64,000 nucleotides of DNA from a virus. The translations under genes were made by a program, and so were the position numbers. A model generated the notes under the pieces. The model searched no databases, had not been told where the DNA came from, and saw only the letters and a list, made by a program, of their open reading frames with translations. Location of the stretch: the IMG/VR virus record IMGVR_UViG_3300020474_000005, positions 1 through 64,000 of that record; one strand, 5' to 3'. Shown here in pieces: positions 37,206 through 45,395 of the stretch; the first letter of the stretch is position 1; every line of letters starts with the position of its first letter.

Positions 37206-38219
37206 ATGGCAAGTTTAACAACATTATTACAAACCAAATATGATTTTGCAGTAGGTAACGAGACTAACCTAGAGCAAGGAAGAATTTATCAGTACTATCC
37301 AGGCAGTGCTAGAGGTACAAACTTTAGATGTCACGTATGTTGGGTAGCACCATCGGCTGGTACAGCAACTATTGAGATATGGGGTGCTGGTGGATCAGGT
37401 GCAGAGATGTGCTGTTGTGGATTTGGTATTAACGGAAATCCAGGAGCATACAGTAAAAAAGTTTTAACAATGGCATCAGGCTGTTTCATTTGTGGAATAG
37501 TTGGTCAGTCATGTGGTAACGCAGATGACCTATGTCACAGAGGTACTTCAGAGTCAACACAAATTTGTTGGTTTGCAGGCGGTGCCGACGGTTGTATGTG
37601 TGCCCAAGGTGGTAAGGGTGGTTACTCTTACTGTTCAACAGGTAACTCAGGTTACTGTTGTTTTGTAGCAGGTGCTTTCTGTAACACACAAGGCGGAGAT
37701 TCATACTGCGGAATTATTTGTAACTTTAAAGATTCATCAAGTGAACCAACTTTCTGTGCCCAAGCATATGGCGGAGATAATAACTGCTACGGCGGATTCA
37801 GTTGTTTCTATTTTAGAGGATGTCAACCAAACTGTAACTGTAGACAAGTTCCAGTTCTTAGATTCCCACCAGGACAGATATCTACAAAAGGTGGTGAAGT
37901 ACACTACACATTAGATTCTGACAATGGAAGATCACAATGGTCAGGAATGGGTGGTTGGATGAATGCCTCACACGGATTTAACCTTGCAACAAGATCACCA
38001 ACACAGGGTGGTCCATACACTGCTTGTTGGACAGGTAACAGAAGTTGCGGTTGTTATCAAGCAAATGGTTGTATACCTTTCATGCCAGCAGGAATTGGTG
38101 GACAAGGTCCAAGACCATGTGATGGTGTAAGAGATCACGCACACAGAGGTGGTCATGGTATGATTAGAATTAAATTTGTAAGTACTACTAGTGATTACGA
38201 TCTAGATAGTGCACCGTAA
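37206..38219 (+). CDS. Cys/Gly-rich fibre-tip-like protein 2
   Basis: About 29 Cys in 337 aa; same skeleton EIWGAGGSGAEMCCCG...VRDHAHRGGHGMIRIKF. Confidence 0.7.
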   Translation: MASLTTLLQTKYDFAVGNETNLEQGRIYQYYPGSARGTNFRCHVCWVAPSAGTATIEIWGAGGSGAEMCCCGFGINGNPGAYSKKVLTMASGCFICGIVGQSCGNADDLCHRGTSESTQICWFAGGADGCMCAQGGKGGYSYCSTGNSGYCCFVAGAFCNTQGGDSYCGIICNFKDSSSEPTFCAQAYGGDNNCYGGFSCFYFRGCQPNCNCRQVPVLRFPPGQISTKGGEVHYTLDSDNGRSQWSGMGGWMNASHGFNLATRSPTQGGPYTACWTGNRSCGCYQANGCIPFMPAGIGGQGPRPCDGVRDHAHRGGHGMIRIKFVSTTSDYDLDSAP

Positions 38220-38241
38220 GGATAAGGAGTAAATATAGTAT

Positions 38242-39219
38242 ATGGCTAGTTTAAAAGGATTATTAACTAATAGAAACCCAGCAGAGATGGTTGAGGAAAA
38301 CCTAGAGACTGGATATATCTACGTATGGACTCCAGGTACTAACTACACTAACTTTTGTAATGGTGTATGTTGGACGGCTCCAGCGGCTGGTAAGGCTCAC
38401 ATAGAAATATGGGGAGCAGGCGGTTCAGGTGCTAGAATGTGTTGTTGTGGTGACGGATTACCAGGCAACGCAGGTGGATATTCTTATAGAGAAATTACTG
38501 TAGAAGCAAACGACACACTAACAGGATGTACAGGTATGCCTTGTCAGGCTCACCCATTATGTCACTCAGGATGTTCTAACCCAACAGGTATTTGTTGGAT
38601 AACAGCATCTAACGGAAATGGCTGTATGTGTGCAAGAGGTGGTTACGGTGGAAAATCAATGTGTACAACAGGAAGTTCTTTATACTGTTGTTACAGAGCA
38701 CAAGGATTCTGCACTGTAAGATGTAACAATGATAACTGTGGACTAGTTTGTAACGTATGTACAGACGGTAGTACAGATTCATGGCAGTCGTGTGCTTATG
38801 GTGGAACAATTAACTGTTGCGGACAATTCGGTTGTGTATCATTCTTTGGATGTTGCCCACACTGTAAATGTAGATTCCAGCAACACGTTCCGATTCCAGC
38901 AGGACAATTTGCTGTTAACGGTGCGTTGATTACTTTCCAGAAAGAGTCGGATGGAACTCCGATGTCTAACTGGTCAGGTAACCAAATATTCCAATACTAT
39001 GCGGCTTTGAACTCAGCATCTAAAACGCCAAGACAAGGAACTCCAGACTCACACTGTTGGAGATCAGATAGAGCGTGTGGATGTTATGAAATGCAAGGAT
39101 GTAACAACTATCTACCAGTGGGTGGTGGCGGAATTGGCCCTAACCCATGTCCTGATGTAAGAGATCACGGAATCAGAGGTGGATTCGGAGGAGTAAGAAT
39201 CAGATTTGTTGCTTCATAA
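38242..39219 (+). CDS. Cys/Gly-rich fibre-tip-like protein 3
   Basis: About 33 Cys in 325 aa; EIWGAGGSGARMCCCG...VRDHGIRGGFGGVRIRF. Confidence 0.7.
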   Translation: MASLKGLLTNRNPAEMVEENLETGYIYVWTPGTNYTNFCNGVCWTAPAAGKAHIEIWGAGGSGARMCCCGDGLPGNAGGYSYREITVEANDTLTGCTGMPCQAHPLCHSGCSNPTGICWITASNGNGCMCARGGYGGKSMCTTGSSLYCCYRAQGFCTVRCNNDNCGLVCNVCTDGSTDSWQSCAYGGTINCCGQFGCVSFFGCCPHCKCRFQQHVPIPAGQFAVNGALITFQKESDGTPMSNWSGNQIFQYYAALNSASKTPRQGTPDSHCWRSDRACGCYEMQGCNNYLPVGGGGIGPNPCPDVRDHGIRGGFGGVRIRFVAS

Positions 39220-39261
39220 TAATTGAAGTTAGATAAATAAAACTGTAAGAGGATAAAAACA

Positions 39262-39906
39262 ATGTTTACAAAAGAATTTAGTATAGCAATGCCAAATGAA
39301 CCACTAAAGAACGACTTTAGTGACAACACAACTATCACAGGAACTTACAAAGGTCCAAGATACATTAAAATCGAGTACAACAACGAATCTAAAGTTGTTG
39401 GTAACTGGATTGATGAAGGTGACACAGAGGCAGAATTTGCAGGTAACCCAGTAGCAGAAGGTTATACATCAACAACTTTAGACGCAGATGTTGATACAAA
39501 ATGGGTTGCATACATAACAGGTTTTTATTCAACAGGTGACGTTGCTGACTACGAAGAAGACTTAGGCACAACAGATGGTAACGGTGACGCAGAAAAATTT
39601 ACTTTTTACTGGCACGATGGTTCAGGTGTACTTGCACAGATTTACAATCAAGGCACAATGAAATTTGAAGACGGTGCTATCACAGAACCTTCAGTAAGAG
39701 TTCACACAGTATCAGAAGCAGATTTCACAGAATCAGTAAACAGCCATATTGCTAACGCAACAACAGAAGCGGCAAGAGATGTTTACTCAGATGATGAAAA
39801 AACGGCTATCAATGCTTACAAATCTACACTAGAAGGTTTAAGCACAAAATACAGTGGTAAAGATCACTGGAAAATTCCTTTCCCACAACAACCAGACTAC
39901 AAATAA
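39262..39906 (+). CDS. Putative tail-fibre assembly chaperone (paralogue of 40361)
   Basis: C-terminus Y...L......Y...DHWKIPFPQQP resembles fibre-chaperone ends; follows the Cys-rich trio. Confidence 0.5.
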   Translation: MFTKEFSIAMPNEPLKNDFSDNTTITGTYKGPRYIKIEYNNESKVVGNWIDEGDTEAEFAGNPVAEGYTSTTLDADVDTKWVAYITGFYSTGDVADYEEDLGTTDGNGDAEKFTFYWHDGSGVLAQIYNQGTMKFEDGAITEPSVRVHTVSEADFTESVNSHIANATTEAARDVYSDDEKTAINAYKSTLEGLSTKYSGKDHWKIPFPQQPDYK

Positions 39907-39915
39907 TAATTTGCC

Positions 39916-40302
39916 ATGGCAACTGTAACAAGAGTAAACGGATCAGGTCTTTCAACAGCAGGAAACGTTTTTTACCCAGGTGCATTTGCATTTAAAATTT
40001 TAGTAAAAATTGCAAACGGTACAGCAGTTGATTTAAGAGCAGAAGATGATGCCCTTGACGAAACAGTAGAAGCAATTTGCAAAGAAATTAATCCTTTAGT
40101 TTATTGTACTACAGACGACAACAGTGGGACAATGACTGTTGTATGTGATAACAGTGCAACAGCGGCGGACTTACAAGCACGTATTAGACTAATTGGTAGA
40201 GCGGAAAACTATCCAACAAGCACAGTTACAGCAGTTGGACCAAATACTATTGATACAAGCGGTACATTAGTAACTCTCGCGGCAACATTAACAGCAACGT
40301 AA
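39916..40302 (+). CDS. Small virion protein, hypothetical
   Basis: MATVTRVNG start; Ala/Thr-rich; AADLQARIR. Confidence 0.55.
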   Translation: MATVTRVNGSGLSTAGNVFYPGAFAFKILVKIANGTAVDLRAEDDALDETVEAICKEINPLVYCTTDDNSGTMTVVCDNSATAADLQARIRLIGRAENYPTSTVTAVGPNTIDTSGTLVTLAATLTAT

Positions 40303-40360
40303 TCCAAAAAACACCAATCATTTTTAAAAGCAAGGTTTCGTTCACAAAATAAGTACGAGT

Positions 40361-41089
40361 ATGCCTTACAAAAAGATTGAAGTAGATGAAGCAGACAAAT
40401 ACTCACAAGATGATTTGAATCATCTCACATTTATCAACAATAAAATCCCATTCGACGTCACACTACCAAATCAACCATACGTAGACGATTTCAGCGAAGG
40501 TGTAACTCACCCTTGTTTTTACACAGGACTGAATTTCATGAGAGTCAATAGACGTATCAAGGATGGATTGATATTGGAAGTTCTAGTAGAAGCAATGAGC
40601 CTGGAAGAAATAGAATCTAGAAAGATTATTCACGACGAGGGTTGCGACAGTTTTATAATTGATGCGAGAGAATATCCATGGGAAGCGGCTTTTATCAGTG
40701 GTAGATACTATCATGAAGATGTTCCAAACTATGTAGAGGAAATAGGCACAACAGATTTCTGGGGCAAACCAGAAGTTTGGGAGTATGTGCATTCACCTGA
40801 AACAGGATTAATGGCACAAATTTATTATGTGGGATCAATGCATTACAACGACGGCAAATATAGCACACCAAAATTTAGAGCACACATAATCGAACGCGAA
40901 TCATTTGATATGAACGTACAGGTACACATCAAAGACTGTGTTAGAGAAGCAAAAAGAGATGTTTACAACACGGAAGAAAGAGATTATATTATTAAGTATG
41001 GTGAATGGTTAAAAACAGTGCCTCAAACATACAAAAATATCAAGCATTGGAAGATATTATTCCCTCAACTTCCCGAGTTTAAACCCTAA
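40361..41089 (+). CDS. Putative tail-fibre assembly chaperone (paralogue of 39262)
   Basis: Shares PN.P...DFS, GTTD, AQIY, EA.RDVY and HWKI.FPQ.P with 39262. Confidence 0.5.
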   Translation: MPYKKIEVDEADKYSQDDLNHLTFINNKIPFDVTLPNQPYVDDFSEGVTHPCFYTGLNFMRVNRRIKDGLILEVLVEAMSLEEIESRKIIHDEGCDSFIIDAREYPWEAAFISGRYYHEDVPNYVEEIGTTDFWGKPEVWEYVHSPETGLMAQIYYVGSMHYNDGKYSTPKFRAHIIERESFDMNVQVHIKDCVREAKRDVYNTEERDYIIKYGEWLKTVPQTYKNIKHWKILFPQLPEFKP

Positions 41090-41134
41090 TCAGACTTAAC
41101 ATACCTTTAGCAGACCAATCATTAAATAAATTAT

Positions 41135-42085
41135 ATGAGCAATTCGAAAAGACCTAAGGCTTTTTTTCTAAATGGCGGAATGGGAAGAATAATATCTGCG
41201 ATTCCTGCCTTGGAAAAATATTATGAATCAAAGGAAGATCCTGATTTTATTATTGTGATTGAAGGTATTTGTAATATCCTAAATGGACATCCAACATTGG
41301 ATAATAAAACTTATGATATGTATCATAAAAATTTATTCCACACAAAATTAATTAACATGGACATAGTAAGTCCTGAACCTTACAGACTGAATGAATATTT
41401 CAATCAGAAATGTGACATCGCCCAAGCATTTGATATACTGATTAACAAAAAAGGAGTAAGAAAATTGCCTGCTCCAACGTTAATATTAAGTAAAGAAGAA
41501 CTTTTAGAAGGAAGAAAAGCAGTAGATGAAATAAAAGAAAAAGTTAAGAAAGAAAAATTAGTCATCATACAACCTTTTGGACGTGCTATTACACAAATAG
41601 ATAATTCTTTCATAGACAAAAGCAATAGAAGTATAGAATTCACAAATTTAAAAAAAATTATTAAAAAATTACAAGAAAAAGATTGGGCAGTATGCGTAAT
41701 GGCTGAGTTCGGAATAGAATTTAAAGACGCAGGATTTAAAGATGAGGTTGCTATTCCTGAAATAGCAGATTTACGTAACTGGGCAGGTTTAATAAAGTAT
41801 GCAGATCACTTTTTAGGATGTGATAGTGTAGGTCAACATCTTGCAAAAGCAATGGAAACTCCAGCAAGTGTTGTTATGGGAGCAACGTATCCGATAAACA
41901 CTTCATATCCAGACGATAAAAGTTTTAAAATTATTGATATGGGACAATTTGATAGAGAATATGACCCTATAAGAATAAGTTTCGATGAAAGGATCAGTAG
42001 AAAGCATGAAAGAATTATGTCAATGACTCCTGAAATAGAAGATTATGTAGTGTCTGCTGTTAACGGAGATCCAATAGAGGAATAA
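41135..42085 (+). CDS. GT9/heptosyltransferase-like (GT-B) protein A
   Basis: N-terminal GGMGRIISAIPAL; IIQPFG; C-terminal ADHFLGCDSVGQHLAKA (GT9 DSxxxHxA donor-binding motif). Confidence 0.65.
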   Translation: MSNSKRPKAFFLNGGMGRIISAIPALEKYYESKEDPDFIIVIEGICNILNGHPTLDNKTYDMYHKNLFHTKLINMDIVSPEPYRLNEYFNQKCDIAQAFDILINKKGVRKLPAPTLILSKEELLEGRKAVDEIKEKVKKEKLVIIQPFGRAITQIDNSFIDKSNRSIEFTNLKKIIKKLQEKDWAVCVMAEFGIEFKDAGFKDEVAIPEIADLRNWAGLIKYADHFLGCDSVGQHLAKAMETPASVVMGATYPINTSYPDDKSFKIIDMGQFDREYDPIRISFDERISRKHERIMSMTPEIEDYVVSAVNGDPIEE

Positions 42086-42086
42086 C

Positions 42087-43919
42087 ATGAGTGATGATTT
42101 AAACAAATACAACAAAACAGGATACATAGCCGCAGTGGCAAGAGGTCACAACGCAGGTGTATGTTTACTGAAAGACGGCAAAATAGTATTTTCAATAGAA
42201 GAAGAAAGACTATCAAGAAGAAAATATGATGGTGGTCCTTATGCTTCCATGTTTGAAATATTAAAATACACGGACAAGATTGATTACCTAATAATTGCAC
42301 ATACACAATCATTGAAAGATCCATCTACTGGCAGAGTAGATTATTCAGGAGATGATGTATACACAGGTATTGCTAGAAAGTTAGGATTAATAGATCCATA
42401 CATTCATAAGATAGAACATCCACAAGTTATTGACTTATCACATATACACCACAAACTTCATGCCGCGTGTGCATTTTATAGATCAGGTTTTGACAAAGCA
42501 GTTGCAGTGATTGTTGACGGTGCAGGAACTTTTATACCTATTAAGAATAGTGTAGCAGGTGACATGACTGTATTTGAAGTTGAAAGTATATTCAGTTGTG
42601 ATTATCCTAATGATATCTTTGCACTGTACAAACATTATGCAACAGGCACAGCAAGTCCAGGAGGTTACTATCCTGAAATGGATTCGGAAAGTATTAGTGA
42701 ACCAGGAAAAACACATGAAGCATTATTCACAGACAAAGCAGGCATAACAAAAACATATGAAGCAATAACTCAGTATTGTGGATTCAGTGCCATTGAGGCA
42801 GGAAAGACTATGGGATTGTTTCCTTATGGAAAGAAAAATGATGTAATACCACCACTGTTTCAAAAAGAAGGAAAATTTGAATTATCAAATAGAAACTTTA
42901 TCATACCAACTTACCCAAATGCGGCGCAGGTAAACAGTCAAATATATCCTTTTGTGGATGCTAATCCTGATTCTGATAAAGGCGAAGATTGGACAAAAAT
43001 GCAAAACAGAAGAGACATGGCTTACGCAGTACAAAAAGAAACACAGAAACAATGTTTAGATTTAATTTACAAAGCAGTTGAGATGAGTGGATGTAAAAAT
43101 GTTGTGTTTTCTGGAGGATACGGATTAAATTGTGTGGCAAATTATTATTATCTTGAAAGTTTACAAAAAGACGGTATTAAGTTATATGCTGAACCAGTTT
43201 CAAATGATGCGGGAACGGCAATGGGTGCGGCTATGTTGTTCTATTACAGCCTTACACAAACAAAAGAAAAGAAAGTTGATGCACCAACTTTGTACTTAGG
43301 TCCAAAAAGAGAATACACACAAGAGCAAATAAGCGGAATATGTCAAAGACCAGGTGTTGTTTTAGAAGATTGTGACGATTCTAAAGTTGTAGAACTTTTA
43401 GTTAATAAAAATATTGTATCAATATTCCAAGGGCAAAGTGAAAATGGTCCTAGGGCATTAGGTAATAGAAGTATTTTGTTTGATCCAAGATTCAAAGACG
43501 GTAAAGATTATGTAAACAGAGTGAAAAACCGTGAATACTTTAGACCATTTGCTGGAACAATACTTCATGATTACGTGCATGATTGGTTTGATCTACGTGG
43601 AATGGAAGAAACTCCACATATGATGTATGCTGTAAACTGTCAACCAGGTATAGAAGAGAAGATTCCAAGTATAATTCACGTGGACGGTACTTGCAGAATA
43701 CAATCTGTGAAACGTGAACAGAATCCTTTGTATTATGACCTAATAAAAGAGTTCCATAAACAAACAGAATGTCCTATAATTTTCAATACATCATTTAATT
43801 TAGGTGGTGAACCATTAGTTGAGACATTAGAAGACGCAGTAAGAACATTACAACACAGCGAAATAGAATATCTATATTTGCCAGAGTACAAAAAGATAGT
43901 AAAGGTTTTAAATGGCTAG
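42087..43919 (+). CDS. Carbamoyltransferase, NodU/CmcH/TobZ family
   Basis: EEERLSRRK, HHKLHA..AFY.SGF, VDGAG, GKTMGL.PYG, SGGYGLNCVAN, DAGTAMGAA, GPRALGNRSIL, KNREYFRPFA, HVDGTCRIQ, NTSFN. Confidence 0.93.
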   Translation: MSDDLNKYNKTGYIAAVARGHNAGVCLLKDGKIVFSIEEERLSRRKYDGGPYASMFEILKYTDKIDYLIIAHTQSLKDPSTGRVDYSGDDVYTGIARKLGLIDPYIHKIEHPQVIDLSHIHHKLHAACAFYRSGFDKAVAVIVDGAGTFIPIKNSVAGDMTVFEVESIFSCDYPNDIFALYKHYATGTASPGGYYPEMDSESISEPGKTHEALFTDKAGITKTYEAITQYCGFSAIEAGKTMGLFPYGKKNDVIPPLFQKEGKFELSNRNFIIPTYPNAAQVNSQIYPFVDANPDSDKGEDWTKMQNRRDMAYAVQKETQKQCLDLIYKAVEMSGCKNVVFSGGYGLNCVANYYYLESLQKDGIKLYAEPVSNDAGTAMGAAMLFYYSLTQTKEKKVDAPTLYLGPKREYTQEQISGICQRPGVVLEDCDDSKVVELLVNKNIVSIFQGQSENGPRALGNRSILFDPRFKDGKDYVNRVKNREYFRPFAGTILHDYVHDWFDLRGMEETPHMMYAVNCQPGIEEKIPSIIHVDGTCRIQSVKREQNPLYYDLIKEFHKQTECPIIFNTSFNLGGEPLVETLEDAVRTLQHSEIEYLYLPEYKKIVKVLNG

Positions 43920-44892
43920 AAAAACAGCAATATTTGTAAACGGTGGTGCAGGTAGAAGCATAAGTTCAATACCAGCAATAGAAAAATACATAGAAGAGAA
44001 CGCAGATCTAGATCCAATTATCATTTGCGAAGGTGGTACAGATGCATACAAAGGTCATCCTAAACTACATTATAGAGCATATGACAATTGGCACAAAAAT
44101 TTATTCCAAGATTTATTAAAAGATAGAGATTTATTATCGCCTGAACCATATAGAGTATGGGAATATTACAATCAAAAATGTAGTTTAGGTCAAGCATATG
44201 ATATAGCAATAAATGATAAAGGAATTAGAGATTTGCCAAGAGCAAATTTAAAATTAAGCAAGGAAGAAATATTATTAGCACGAAAAATGATTGCGGAAGT
44301 CAAAGAAAAAACAGGAAAAGATAAGATTGTTGTATTCCAACCTTTCGGCAGAGGCGCACAGCCAGAAAAACTTGATGAAAAACAAAAAGAAAAACAACCT
44401 GACATAATAGACTCTACAGGAAGAAGTGTAGAACTACAAAATGTTTGGAATATTGTACGTAAATTAAGCAAAGATTATGGTGTAATGGTAATGAGTGAAT
44501 TTCCATTAGACTTTGGAAAGCACATACCCAATAAACCAGTGGCATTGCCTATGGGAACACACATTAGAGTATGGATGGGTATTATTCAACAAGCGGATCA
44601 TTTTGTTGGTTGCGATTCAGTGGGTCAACATATTGCTCATTCATATAATAAATCAGCAACTGTGATAATAGGCTCTACGTATCCTATTAATACTACTTTT
44701 CCAGATGATGAAAAATTCAATGTAATTGATTTAGGTAAAGATGAACGTGTGTACAGTCCAATAAGAGTCACTTCAGATGAGTTTTCAGACAGACTTAATG
44801 AAGGTATTATGGCTATGGATGAGGAAGTAGAAACACGTATTATTAAATCTGTACAAAGGCTTATCAAACACGGCAAAAACGCCCGTAAATAA
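43912..44892 (+). CDS. GT9/heptosyltransferase-like (GT-B) protein B
   Basis: Paralogue of 41135: GGAGRSISSIPAI, SPEPYR..EY.NQKC, FQPFGRG, ADHFVGCDSVGQHIA. Confidence 0.65.
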   Translation: MARKTAIFVNGGAGRSISSIPAIEKYIEENADLDPIIICEGGTDAYKGHPKLHYRAYDNWHKNLFQDLLKDRDLLSPEPYRVWEYYNQKCSLGQAYDIAINDKGIRDLPRANLKLSKEEILLARKMIAEVKEKTGKDKIVVFQPFGRGAQPEKLDEKQKEKQPDIIDSTGRSVELQNVWNIVRKLSKDYGVMVMSEFPLDFGKHIPNKPVALPMGTHIRVWMGIIQQADHFVGCDSVGQHIAHSYNKSATVIIGSTYPINTTFPDDEKFNVIDLGKDERVYSPIRVTSDEFSDRLNEGIMAMDEEVETRIIKSVQRLIKHGKNARK

Positions 44893-44959
44893 CCTATATC
44901 TACGTATTCCACAACTACTGCCAATTAGGTAAATACACTATAACAAGGGATTTTCGACT

Positions 44960-45394
44960 ATGTTTGATGTATCAAGATTTTTTGGCAAGGGTGATAAAAA
45001 CACGCTTCTTTTGAAGAATGGTTTAAATTTTTCACACAATGGGCCATATGGAGTTGTAGAGGACGGTCTAGTATTAGACAAGTTCCATGTGAATACGTTT
45101 TCATCGGCTGAATATGCCATACAAGTTGACTACGATACTAACAACAAAGAACTTATTAAAATGTTAGTAACAGCAAGTCCCAATCAATCAGCACTTACAA
45201 TATATGCTAGAACAAATTTAGGAAACAATCTAATAACAATAGACAGCACAGTAGACAATTCATTGTGTAAAATAACAGTAAGTCCTACGGATAAAACTCA
45301 AACAGAGAAATATTCAGGATCTAAAATAATATTCAGTGCCACTTATTTTGCAACGCAAAATGCATTAGTGGGAGGAAGTCAGGTAACAAGTTAA
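44960..45394 (+). CDS. Small baseplate/fibre structural domain protein
   Basis: Beta-rich motif LDKF....FSSAEY.IQV......E...MLV; late promoter upstream. Confidence 0.55.
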   Translation: MFDVSRFFGKGDKNTLLLKNGLNFSHNGPYGVVEDGLVLDKFHVNTFSSAEYAIQVDYDTNNKELIKMLVTASPNQSALTIYARTNLGNNLITIDSTVDNSLCKITVSPTDKTQTEKYSGSKIIFSATYFATQNALVGGSQVTS

Positions 45395-45395
45395 T

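Noticed and set aside
36234-39219. c-type heme-binding (CxxCH) multiheme proteins, given the hem genes
   Set aside because: No CxxCH motif found in any of the three Cys-rich proteins, and they have no signal peptides.
36234-39219. Diversity-generating retroelement or invertible tail-tip cassette
   Set aside because: No reverse transcriptase or invertase in the window. The paralogues diverge throughout, with no near-identical template/variable repeat pair, and all lie on one strand.
42087-43919. Carbamoyltransferase as a DNA-hypermodification enzyme
   Set aside because: Not excluded, but the context is late fibre genes with no nucleotide-modification or replication genes nearby, so virion modification was preferred.
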